Positions 1 through 10,124 of a DNA stretch of 20,000 nt are shown one piece after another. A program made the translations under genes and the position numbers. The stretch is from Chiloscyllium plagiosum (Eukaryota): positions 10,953,164-10,973,163 of the forward strand of contig NC_057719.1 of assembly GCF_004010195.1 (NCBI RefSeq), read 5' to 3'. The notes under the pieces were generated by a model, which was not told the origin of the DNA, did no database searches, and saw only the letters and a list, made by a program, of their open reading frames with translations. How positions within the stretch are numbered: position 1 is the first letter of the stretch; each line of letters opens with the position of its first letter.

Positions 1-314
1 TGAGCAAGTGTAGCTGAGTTTGAGATTGAAATCAGTGAAATCAGTCATTCAGTCCAGCAGATGAGAGAAGACAGCAGAGAAGACATATTGCCTGATAGTA
101 GGGAGATGGACCAAGGTATGATTTAAAGGTAAGGTTTCCACCACCATATGATGATGAGAGGCTGGTCAGTGGTAGACAGCAGCGTCTGGCAAAGAAGCCT
201 TGTTTCAGGGAATTAATTAATTAATTCAACTGTATTGTGCATCTCTATCTTCACTCTGATCGTGTGAATGTGCAGGTTTCTTGATAAACTGCTGGGAGTT
301 CATACAACTGAATG

Positions 315-560
315 GTTTCAGTGAGCAGTAAGGAGTTAACCACATTGCCGTGGACTGGAGTCACATGTAGTCCAGTGAGAAAATCCACTAAATGAAATTG
401 GTGAATTCCAAACTGACAGAGCTTTGTAGAAGTTCATTTTTATTGACACCGGATTTTTTTTTAAATTTCCATATGTTTAGGAAAACCTGAGTTCAGATTC
501 TCAAAACTGATGTGGTAGCATTTGATCTCAACCCATGAAGTGGTTCAAGTGATGATCTAT
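315..560 (-). mobile_element. Degraded tRNA-headed SINE-like repeat (same family as 10540-10880)
   Basis: gagttaaccacattgccgtggactggagtcacatgtag closely matches gagtcaaccagattgctgtgagtctggagttacctgtag at ~10636-10673. Confidence 0.6.
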
Positions 561-1311
561 TAGCAGCAAGGACCTGGCCTGAAATAAGTTTGGGGATCGC
601 TCACTTTCATTTCTGTCCCTGTCCTAAAGTGCAAAGCTGACCCTTAATTAACCAGTATGTCGTCTCCTCAATCCGAGGGGCGACAGGATAATTCTGGAAT
701 GGGTCTCCTCTGAGCTTTAACTTGACAGAGTAGCCTCTCATTGAGCTATAGCTAGCCTGGCAATACATGAGCCTAAAACAGAAAGTGTTCCCTTCCAAGG
801 ACCTTAGTGACAGAGAAAAATGAGCAATAGTTAAAAAGGGAATGTGTTATATCATATGCATTTCCATTGCCCAGTTAAAATACACACTGTGCACGATCCA
901 GGTTCCAGCTCCAACATAGACATCACTCATCATCTTTCATCTACGTTATGTCACCTTTGTTGCACTTTTCAAACTATACACACAATGGCAGTGCCAGCTG
1001 TGTATTGTATGGGAGAACCTCGAACCTGATATGGGATTACAGCTAAAGTCGTAATTCAACACTGGGACTCAGAATAAGTCACAGACGCACAAGAGACAGG
1101 TTTTGAGTACTGAAAATACATTATTTAAGGTTGTGATTAGGTTACTGTGATAAATTTACTGAATGGTGTCAGGTACACCTGAGCAAAGTATTGTTCCATG
1201 ACTGTTATATACAATGATGCATCTTACTTCCAAATCTTTGACGTATTGAAGTGGCAGTGTTGACGTTAAGTTGGTTCACATGCTGTTTTGTGAGACCATG
1301 TCAGACATGAT

Positions 1312-1493
1312 GGAGTAATTTTAATCTGATGTGTTGGATGGAAATGCCAGATAATTAGATCGAGGTTGGTGTTACACTATGCCCAAAATTATAGTCCCAT
1401 TTATTTCAATGACAGTTGAAATGGAGGATTACTCTGCATTGCTCCCAACCTTGTTAGTTTCCTGACAGGCGGGTTCACTAAAAAATATCCCCC
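1312..1493. mobile_element. Possible old MITE-like palindromic DNA element
   Basis: Degenerate terminal inverted ends (ggagtaatttta...taaaaaatatcccc) and a central ccatttatttcaatg motif. Confidence 0.3.
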
Positions 1494-1862
1494 ATGCTTT
1501 ATTTTGCTGCATAAGTATATAACTGGTGAGTCCCTTTGAGGCCACAGGCTCGATTGCAACAGTCACAGTTCATTACACTTGACAGTTTTATGAATAGCAA
1601 ATTGTAAGTAGATCTGATCCTAGGCCATAACACAAGAGGTGCAATGTTCAAAGTGAAGCAGGAAGGACAACAGATGTCACATGCAGACTAGGATGATCAT
1701 CGCTAATCTCTTGAGGCCTATGACATGAAGGGGGGATTGTTGGTCAGGAAGTGAATTGAGTACGAGATCAAGCACAGTAACTCAGTGGTTAGCACGGCTG
1801 CCTCATAATGCAAGGTACCCAGGTTCAAGTCTAGCCTCAGGCAATTGGCTGTGTGAAGTTTG

Positions 1863-2008
1863 ATTTGGAGATGCTGGTGTTGGGCTGGGGTGTACAAAGT
1901 TAAAAATCACACAACACCAGGTTATAGTCCAACAGGTTTAATTGGAAGCACACTAGCTTTCGGAGCACAACTCCTTCATCAGGTGATTGTCCTGTGTGAT
2001 TTTTAACG
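1863..2008 (-). mobile_element. Short Penelope-like (PLE)-derived insertion with 12-bp TSD
   Basis: Flanked by gtgtgaagtttg at 1851-1862 and 2009-2020; internal 15-bp inverted repeat (1899-1913 / 1993-2007); contains a hammerhead core. Confidence 0.8.
1951..1985 (-). ncRNA. Minimal type I hammerhead ribozyme motif
   Basis: Minus strand CAC-CUGAUGA-A-GGAG(UUGUG)CUCC-GAAA-G-CUA-GUG: helix I CAC/GUG, helix II GGAG/CUCC, palindromic AGCU helix III, CUA cleavage triplet. Confidence 0.7.
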
Positions 2009-2099
2009 GTGTGAAGTTTGCATACTCTCCCTGCATCTGATCAAGAGATGTGCAAGTTAGGTGGATTGGCTATGCTAAATTGTCCATCGTATTCATAGT

Positions 2100-2268
2100 G
2101 TGGTAGACACTAGGACACTGAGTAAATTTAAGACTTTTAATGAGTAATGGGTTGAAGGGTTATGGACAGTGGTGTTGAAGTTGAGATGAGTGCAGCCATG
2201 ATCGTATAAAATGGAGGAACAGGATTGAGGGGCTGAATGGCTTACTCCTGCTCCTAGTTCTTATGTTT
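2100..2268 (+). mobile_element. CR1-like LINE 3' end fragment
   Basis: cagccatgatcgtataaaatggaggaacaggattgaggggctgaatggcttactcctgctcctagttcttatg, typical CR1 3' UTR/tail; similar to 15395-15564. Confidence 0.75.
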
Positions 2269-2359
2269 AACCTTCTATTAATTAGCAATCAGTCTATCTC
2301 ATCTGTAAATTTACTCAGTATCCTGGTAAATACTGCACTCTGGAGCAGGGAATTCCATA

Positions 2360-2422
2360 TGTGCTGCCAGATCTGCTGTGTTTCTCCAGCATTTCTTCAT
2401 TTTTATTTCAAATTTCCAGCAT
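2360..2422 (+). mobile_element. PLE-derived tail fragment
   Basis: tgctgccagatctgctgtgtttctccagcatt matches the other PLE-like copies in the window (4490, 17675). Confidence 0.55.
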
Positions 2423-2832
2423 TGGCACTAATTTGCCTTTATTCCCTGCCCAATATTGTGTTGTTTGGAGAGCTGACCACTGCTAAAGGGATCAAAGATT
2501 CTGTGAAGACTGCCTTTCTGAGTATTACAATGATCACTACCATAGGGAAATAAGGCCATAGCTTGTAACACATGGAGATACTTTTGAGTCTGAGTGAAGA
2601 ACTAGCATGAAGGAGAATAGGAAGAGATTGAGAGGTTCAATTTTCCTAAGCAGTGACTATACCTACAGCTGCACCCGCTGTTGAAAAATCTGCCAATTAC
2701 AAATAGGCCTGACTAACTAGCAGCAGGCCTTAAACCAATGAGTACAACCTCCCCAAAATCTCTGTCAGCAAAGAAATGCACAACATCAGGAAGGACCAGG
2801 GAGTGCATGGTGTCAGGTTTGTTATTTATATA

Positions 2833-4111
2833 ATCATAGAGTCATAGAGATGTACAGCACGGAAACAGACCACTCAGTCCAATTCGTCCATACCAACCAG
2901 ATATCCTAAATTAATTTAGTCTCATTTGCCAGCACCTGGCCCATATCCCTCTAAACCCCTTCCTATTCATATACCTATCCATATGCCTTTTAAATTCTGT
3001 AATTGTACCAGCTTCCACCACTTCTTCTGGCAGCTCATTTTATACAATCACCACCCTCTGCGTGAAAATGTTGCCCCTTATGTTCCTTTTAAATCTTCCC
3101 CCTCACACCTTAAGCCTGTGCTCTCTAGTTCTGGACTCCCCCACCCCTGCTACTCACCCTTTCCATGCTCCTCATGATTTTATAAATCTCTATAAGGTTA
3201 CCCGGCAGCCTCTGATGATCCAGGGAAAACAGCCCCAGCCTGTTCAGCCTCTCTCTGTAGCTCCAACCCTCCAACCCTGACAACATCCTTGTAAATCTTT
3301 TTTGAACCCTTTCAAGTTTCACAACATTCTTCCGACAGCAGGGAGACCAGAATTGGACACAGTATTCCAAAAATGGCCGAACTAAGGTCTTGTACAGCCA
3401 CAACATGACTTCCCAACTCCTATACTCAATGTACTGACCAATAAAGGCAAGCATACCAAACGCCTTCTTCACTATCCTTTCAAGGAACTATGAACCAGCA
3501 CTCCAAGGTCTTTTTGTTCAGCAACACTCCCCAGGATCTTACCATTAACTGTATAAATCCTGTCCTAATTTACCTTCCCAAAATGTAGCACATCACTTTT
3601 ATCTAAATTAAACTCCATCTTCCACTCCTCAGCCCAGTGGCCCATCTGATCATGATCCCATTGTACTCTGAGGTAAGCTCCTTCGCTGTCCACTACACCT
3701 CCAATTTTGGAGTCATCTGCAAACTTACTAACCATATCTCCTAAGTTCAAATCCAAATCAATTATATAAATGACGAAAAGCAGTGTATCCAGCACCAATC
3801 CTTGTGGCACTCCACAGGTCACAGACCTCCAGTCTGAAAAGCAACTCTCCAACATCCCCCTCTGTCTTCTACCTTTGAGCCAGTTCTGTATCCAAATGGC
3901 TAGTTCTCCCTATATTCATGAGACCTAACCTTGCTAACCAGTCTCCCATGGGGAGACTTGTCGAACGACTTACAAAGTCCATATAAGTATAGATCATGTC
4001 CACCGCTCTGCCCTCATCAATCCTCTTTGTCACCTCTTCAAAAAATTCAATCAAATTAGTGAGACATGATTTCCCATGGATAAAGCCGTGTTGACTATCC
4101 CGAATCAGTCC
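2833..4111 (-). mobile_element. 5'-truncated CR1/HER1-like LINE with decayed ORF2 reverse transcriptase and C-terminus
   Basis: ORFs 3869-4054 (FFEEVTKRIDEGRAVD.IY.DF), 3565-3855 (GVPQG, KFADDSKIGG RT motif) and 3125-3472 (LYKTLVRP.LEYCVQFWSP...ERVQKRFTRM); tail repeat (tctatgac) at 2833-2850. Confidence 0.95.
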
Positions 4112-4153
4112 TACTCAGTGGGATGTCAAGCAGCCAAGGTCATGCTTCAAAGT

Positions 4154-4547
4154 AAAGGCAAAATACTGAGGATGCTGGAAATCTGAAATAAACATAGAAT
4201 GCTGGAGGAACTCAACAGATCTGGAAGCATCAGTGCAGAGAGAAACAGTGTTAACATTTCAAGTCCAGTATCACTCTTCAGAACTGAGTGCGAGTTAAAA
4301 GGCTGGGCTACTATGTAAATTCAAGATGTGTATGCAGTTTAGTACGCATATTCTTTTAAATAAATGGGAACTTGTTCTATAAATTGTTCCACTTCTTGTT
4401 TTTGGGTTACATTTCCTGCCTTAACATTGGCAGAGGGGCCAAAATAAATCCTTTGGAAGACATGTCACACTGGATTTCTCTCTCCTCAGATACAGCCAGA
4501 TCTGCTGGGTTTCTCCAGCATTCTCTACGTTTGTTTCACACTTCAGA
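4154..4547. mobile_element. Inverted pair of PLE-derived fragments (4154-4286 on -, 4472-4547 on +)
   Basis: gctggaggaactcaacagatctgg versus ccagatctgctgggtttctccagc; decayed hammerhead core on minus at ~4250-4284 (GUU-CUGAAGA...GAAAUGUUAAC). Confidence 0.65.
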
Positions 4548-5539
4548 CTATCTGATACCCCACACTACCCTAGCTGAATGTTGCTGTGGGGTGGGAAGTG
4601 GGGAGAGGAGATGGTAATTAAGATTCTTCAGGGTTTCACTGCATCACTAACATAGCAGAGAGGATCCTATCAAAATTTCAAACACGGTGTGAGAAAAGAT
4701 TAATATCTTCCATTGGAAAAGTCAAAGAAAACTTCTGTATCACTGGCCATGCTGTATGCACATAGCGAGTGGGGGGAACCTTCCAGCTTCCAGTCAGAGT
4801 TAAGAGAAACACACTATCTTATGAAGACAAAGCCTGTTAAATGAATCTGCAGCTCTGAACAACTGATAGGGTGCAGTAGGGCTGGGAAGTACAGGGATGA
4901 ACAGTTTAGGGGTTGATCTCTGTGCGTTGTATTTTCACTACTCCCTGGTCAAATTTGACAGTTTCAATCAGAGTGTAAGGATATGGTAACTGATCCACCA
5001 ACAGCATCTGGCACATAAAGATGTGGGAAAGGCCAAACAAAGGCTAGATTTTTTTTTGTCGTTGTTGCTGATCCACAACAGACTGCCTGGTATTTTCTTG
5101 TGGTTCTGAAAGGTCTCTAGTATAGTTCGCAAGGAGTTTCAGTTTGCACTTTGAAAGTGGAGTGCTGTCTCACCTGGAGCAATATAGTAATTAAACTTAC
5201 AAGAGATGGCGACGGGCTGCTCTGCGGATTACACAGCCAGCAGTTGGAAGTGTCAATCACGGAGATTGGGAACTGAACTGAAGATTTGAAGTGGTTTGTG
5301 GACTGAGGGAGGATTTAAGGTGATGAACTGGTTCAAGACTTGTGTGCGATCAATGCAAATGCGAAGTCCTAAGTTTAGCCATGTGTGAAGAACTCACAAA
5401 TGGGAGTTTTAGAGTGGGGAACAAATTGTGAGCAAATTGGTTTTAATTTCTGTGACATGAATGCATACATACATGCAAGTGAAATCATCCTGTTAACGGT
5501 ATAAACATGGAACTCTTCTGCCCATATATTAACTAGCAA

Positions 5540-5840
5540 CTATTCAATCACCCACCCTGTCTTTCTTGCCTGACAATAACTCGCAATCTTTGTATGCTTC
5601 CATTTTAAAATTCTGATCGAGTTGAAATCCGTCCGTGCCCCTGTAATCTGCTCCATCCCACTGCTCTTCTCATCACCGAGTTCCTCAAACTCTGATAGTT
5701 ACCTCTCCATTCAGATCGTTACAATATTGGTAGCTATGCCCCACCTGCCTATGTTTCTGTACTAAGCACTGGAATCTGCCTCTTCGCCTTTCCAGCACTG
5801 CCTAAAACCTATTTCTGTGACCAAGATTTCAGTCACCCCT
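5540..5840 (+). mobile_element. Old L2-like LINE 3' fragment
   Basis: Motifs ttttaaaattct..., ctggaat..., ctaaaacctatttctgtgaccaagatttcagtcaccc resemble the L2 C-terminus/3' UTR; parallel to 13880-14187. Confidence 0.55.
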
Positions 5841-5855
5841 ACAAATGATTCACTC

Positions 5856-6080
5856 AAATAAAAGCAAAATACAATGGATACTGGAAATCTGAACCAAACA
5901 CAGAGAATACTGGAGAAACTCAGCAGGTCTGGCAGCATCGGTGAAGAAACAAAATTAACATTTCGCTTCTGATACATCTCTTCACCAGAACACTAAGTTC
6001 CGCAGAAAAATCATACCAGACTCGATGCGTTAACTCTGTTTCTATTTTCACAAATGCAACGTTTCTCCAGCATTCTTTGT
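5856..6080. mobile_element. Head-to-head inverted PLE-derived hairpin element
   Basis: Left arm actggagaaactcagcaggtctggcagcatc; right arm gttaactctgtttct...tttctccagcattc; two decayed hammerhead cores at ~5955-5991 (-) and ~5996-6035 (+). Confidence 0.7.
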
Positions 6081-6888
6081 ACTTGATTCCACCTAAATTT
6101 TTCTTCCACGTGCTATCATTTTTCTTCATGTGAAATGTTCCACTATGTTTTTCTGTGTCAAAGGTGTGATAGATAATCGCAAGATATATTTTTTTAAAAA
6201 TCTTTTCACATTGGGTTCATACTGGATTTGATTGTTTGCATCCCACTCTTAGGCCTCTGGGGAACACAGAAGAGCAATGTGACCATTACAGATAACCAAA
6301 GACTGAACTTACAGAGTGCAATTTGGAAAAGCAAAGGAAGAGTACAGCCTTTGAACTTCCTCTGAAGTTTAGTGGGAGCCCTGAGGCCACATGGAAACGT
6401 TATGTGGCACTCTTCACAGCTGCTCTAATAACAACAGTATCCAACAACGATATCTTGTGGTTAGTCATTCAGATGGTTCGAAAACAGAAGAGGCACAACA
6501 GCCAAGAGGGATTTGTGATGTACCCAAGGCTGACAAACAGTGGGCACAAATTCCAAATACAGTCCCAGACAATTTTAAAATAAAAAACGAATGAAAATGA
6601 ACTGATTTTTTTTTCTTTGAGTAACAGATCATCAGGCAGAAAGATGCTTTGAAGCGGAAGGAAAAAAAATGAATTCTCAAATGGCGCAAAAGAGTGAGTT
6701 TCAACAAAATTGGAAGCAAAAATGTTTGTGATTAAAACCGAATGCAAGACCCAAGTTTATTGTAAATTTCAAAATACTGCAAGTGGATGAAATGCAGTGT
6801 TATTGGAAATGATGTGGCTGCCTACAGACCCTTACTCCACCAGTAAATAAACACTGACCCTTCAACATAGGTAACTCTCCTCGCTCAT

Positions 6889-7383
6889 CTCGGAGCAAGT
6901 CAAAGGTCAGAAATTCTGTGCCAAGTAATTCACCTCTTGCATCTGCAAAGCCCATTTACCATCCACGTTGGGGGTAGGATGGAATACTTTCTCTTGTCCG
7001 GATGGATGCAACTCCAAGAAGAAACTCAATGCCATCCAGGGCAAAGCAGCCCACTTGATTGGCACGACATTCAACATTCACTTCCTTGTGGGCGGCACGG
7101 TGGCACAGTGGTTAGCACTGCTGCCTCACAGCGCCAGAGACCCGGGTTCAATTCCCGCCTCAGGCGACTGACTGTGTGGAGTTTGCTCGGAGCAAGTCAA
7201 AGGTCAGAAATCTGTGCCAAGTAATTCACCTCTTGCATCTGCAAAGCCCATTTACCATCCACGTTGGCGGTAGGATGGAATACTTTCTCTTGTCCGGATG
7301 GATGCAACTCCAAGAAGAAGCTCAATGCCATCTAGGGCAAAGCAGCCCACTTGATTGGCACGACATTCAACATTCACTTCCTT
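6889..7383 (+). repeat. Direct duplication: 199 bp (6889-7087) and 198 bp (7186-7383)
   Basis: Copies are identical except for 3 substitutions and one 1-bp indel; separated by a SINE head. Confidence 0.95.
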
Positions 7384-7590
7384 CAACACCGATGCACAGT
7401 GGCAGCAAAGTATACCATCTACAAGATACACTGCTACAGTTCAGCCAGACCCCTTCCACAGCACCTTTGGAATCTCCAATCTCTACTATTTAGAAGGACA
7501 AAAGCAGCAAATACACAGAAACATCACCACCTGCAAGTTCCCCTCAAGTCACATGATGCTGACTAGGCACGATTCTGTAACTCCTTCACA
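6925..7590 (+). mobile_element. Decayed LINE ORF2 C-terminal region (CR1/L2 group)
   Basis: Translated pieces MEYFLLSGW, KKLNAIQGKAAHLIGTT, IHFLQHRCTVAAKYTIYKIHC, HHHLQVPL resemble the post-RT region of non-LTR elements. Confidence 0.75.
7088..7186 (+). mobile_element. Young HE1-like SINE, 5' tRNA head only (3'-truncated)
   Basis: Box A TGGCACAGTGG 7101-7111, box B GGTTCAATTCC 7145-7155, CpGs intact; stops at gtgtggagtttgc. Confidence 0.9.
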
Positions 7591-7617
7591 GTATACTGCA
7601 AATGGGCCAAATGGAGA

Positions 7618-7637
7618 GTGTGTGTGTGTGTGTGTGT
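7618..7637. repeat. (GT)10 microsatellite
   Basis: Direct reading. Confidence 0.95.
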
Positions 7638-7849
7638 CTCATGGGTGTGGTGACAGAATTATTTTTCCGGTTAATTAGCGTTCACTTGGTAAAGAGAAGG
7701 AGGAGTGAAGTGAATAGGTTTCTTCTTGCTCAAGAACAAGAGTGACAAGTTCTGAAGCCCAATGGATTACACAGATAGAAAGATAACTCCAGGAAAAATC
7801 CTTACATTGAGCAAGAGTGAAGTCAGCCATAACTGTTACAACCACTCTG

Positions 7850-7998
7850 ACTTCTGAAATTAAAACCAAATACTGGAAATACTCAGTAGGTCTGGCGGGT
7901 GAGAGATAAAGAGTTAATCTTTCAGGATGGTGGCACATGAGTAGAGCTGATGAGTATTCTCAGCATTTTCTCTCCAGTCCTGTATTCTGATTTCTGAA
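7850..7998. mobile_element. Degraded PLE-derived inverted element
   Basis: tctgaaattaaaaccaaatactggaaatactcagtaggtctggc ... tgagtattctcagcatttt. Confidence 0.55.
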
Positions 7999-8034
7999 TA
8001 GAGGATTTAAGGCTCACTGCAGACACTTGGTACA

Positions 8035-8335
8035 ATCTAGGCTAACACTGCAGTACAGTTCTTGAGAGGCTACTGTATGTTTGGAGGTTACCTGCTGTTA
8101 AGTCCAGATTTGAATGTGTTTATTGGCAGATGAGATGTTAACCTGAGACTCTGAGTACCTTCTAAGGTAGCCATTAAAGATTCAATAGTACTCCTGCTTG
8201 AGGGAAAGTCGGGCAGCTCTCTCTGGTGTTCTGGCCAGTTATTTGCCCCTGAGATTATCCAGATATTATCGCATTGCTATTTGTGGGAACTTATTGCACT
8301 CAAATTGGCTGCAGCCATGCCCAGCATGACACCAC
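8035..8335 (+). mobile_element. Deu-domain SINE (SacSINE1/AmnSINE1-like)
   Basis: attatcgcattgctatttgtgggaacttattgcactcaaattggctgc resembles the Deu-domain core; gatgagatgttaacctgag upstream. Confidence 0.7.
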
Positions 8336-8711
8336 CTGTCTTAACATGGAAATCAAAACGCTTCCCGGAGTAAGTTAGTTTCCGGTCCAGAAGTGAAGGT
8401 GAGCGACAAGCCTGAATCACTGTTCACTGTGTTCAATTACTCTTCATTCATTAGGGAACAGGTAATTATACAGGCGATTTCAATCATATTATTGTTTCTC
8501 TGTGTGTGTGCAGTTTAAGCTGGATTGGAACTTGACAGTAGTGTCAATATTTGCACAGCTCTGTAAACATCAAAATGAATTACAAGACGGCATTAACATA
8601 ATCTACCCGGTGAAACATTTAACTTAAAGTTTCAAAAATGCTGTCACAATCCATTTGCATTTCTTATTGGACTACGATGTGAGGGCTGAATAAGTAGTAA
8701 CAACTACTACT

Positions 8712-9010
8712 GGGGCAGCATGGTGGCTCAGTGGTTTGCACTGCTGTTTCACAGTGTTGCTTCACCCCTTGGGCAACTGTCTGTGTGGAGTTTGCACATT
8801 CTCCCTGCGTCTGCGTGGGTTTCCTCCAGGTGATCCTGTTTCCTCCCATAGTCCAAAGATGTGCAAGTTAGGTACATTGGCCATGAGAAATGCAGGGTTA
8901 CAAGGATAGGGGGTGGGGGAGAGGGGTGAGTCTGGGTGGGATGCTCTCCGGAGATTCGGTGCAGACTTGTTGAGCTGAATGGCCTGTTTTCGCACTGTAG
9001 AGATTCTATG
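8712..9010 (+). mobile_element. HE1/V-SINE, near full length with a deletion in the head
   Basis: ggcagcatggtggctcagtgg head, V-domain tctgcgtgggtttcctcc...gtccaaagatgtgc, CR1-like tail gaatggcctgtttcgcactgtagagattctatg. Confidence 0.9.
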
Positions 9011-9335
9011 AACAATAATTTTCTATTTTTCCAGCACAAGCAAAACCAAACTTTGTTTTGTTTGGAAATAGTTGTGAATTATTAAAGGCTTCTGATTCAG
9101 AAAGACTGCTGTATGTCTCACATACAGCAAAGCCTTCTTGAACCTGAGGTACATCTGACCAGCAATACTTAGCAAAGCACACAACGTGTGGCAGAGTGAC
9201 ACAGCACAAGGCCTCATCTGAATGATGGCTCTGCAGCAGAGCACCTGATTTTTCTAGTACTCCTGATCTGAACTGAGCAACCTAAACCACCAACCTTACA
9301 CTTATCGTTTCAATAGAAATCATACAACAGTATTA

Positions 9336-9488
9336 GAAAAAAGGTACATTTCATGGAGGCTTTTTGTCTTGCAGTCATCAGGACATTTTTGCAATAATAC
9401 ACCGGTGTAAATGATAGTTTCCCACTTTAATTTGCATTCGCCACGGTGAGTGCGGGACAAAAAACTTCCACAAAATGTGCCTTTTTTC
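9336..9488. mobile_element. Inverted-repeat element with ~44-bp arms, probably a PLE hairpin with decayed hammerhead cores
   Basis: 9336-9379 versus reverse complement of 9445-9488 is ~80% identical; minus strand of the left arm reads GUC-CUGAUGA-CUGCAAGAC-AAAA. Confidence 0.65.
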
Positions 9489-9503
9489 AGCAATTCTGTA
9501 CTA

Positions 9504-9949
9504 CCAAACGATGGTTAAAGTTAGAAAAGTTCAGCCTAACAGAAGAAAAGAACTTGCCTTTATATAGCACCCTTCACAACACTGGGATGCCCAAACCTTT
9601 TTCTCGTCAAATCAATTATGGTCACTGTTCTGATGTAGCCACTGTTGTGATATAGGAAATTCAGAAAGCCAATGTGTGCACAGTAAGCTCCCACAAATGG
9701 CAATGGAGATAAACAGCCGCCTACTTTAGGTGCTTCCTGAAGGATAATATATTTTGCCAGAAAACTGAGAGAAATCTTATGCTCTTCTCTGAAAAGTGCA
9801 AAGGAAAACTGGAAGGGATATCAGACTCCTGTGACGTTGGACTCTCATAACACAGGAAGGACTTTTCTGAATACATCATGTGGCTCCTCTAACTCTCCCA
9901 CCATGAAAATACACTGTGCTTAACATAATTTTATGATATACAACACATA
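9504..9949 (+). repeat. Copy 1 of an inverted segmental duplication (partner 12072-12480)
   Basis: Reverse complement aligns end to end at roughly 95% identity apart from two deletions. Confidence 0.95.
9548..9800 (-). mobile_element. Deu-domain SINE 3' half
   Basis: Reverse complement of aacttgcctttatatagcacc (tail) and gccaatgtgtgcacagtaagctcccacaaatggcaatg (Deu core). Confidence 0.75.
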
Positions 9950-10124
9950 TGTCTGCTTTGCTGTAATGCAATTGCTAACAAATTTGCAGGATTGTAGAGA
10001 GTTCAGAGCATGGTTTTAATGAACAAGCAGTTTTATGCAAATAAAGAGAAAATAATGTTCCTGTAATAAGAAACAAAGACTGTATTGTGCTTTTCTCAAC
10101 TTGAGGACATCCCAAAGCAGCTTC

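Larger units (their letters stand above)
1771..2090 (+). mobile_element. HE1/V-SINE-like tRNA-derived SINE, interrupted by an insertion at 1863-2008
   Basis: tRNA-like head (ctcagtggttagcacggctgcctca...aggttcaagtc) and body (gatgtgcaagttaggtggattggctatgctaaattgtcc); homologous to copies at 8712 and 16762. Confidence 0.85.

Noticed and set aside
211..226. (AATT)4 run
   Set aside because: Short simple repeat with no further support.
7088..7160. tRNA gene
   Set aside because: A/B boxes are present but the sequence continues into the SINE body and matches other SINE copies; it is a tRNA-derived head.
6889..7383. LTR/TRIM or CRISPR-like repeat-spacer interpretation of the direct repeats
   Set aside because: The repeats are host LINE debris that continues colinearly after copy 2, with no TG...CA ends, PBS or PPT; only two units, in a eukaryotic context.
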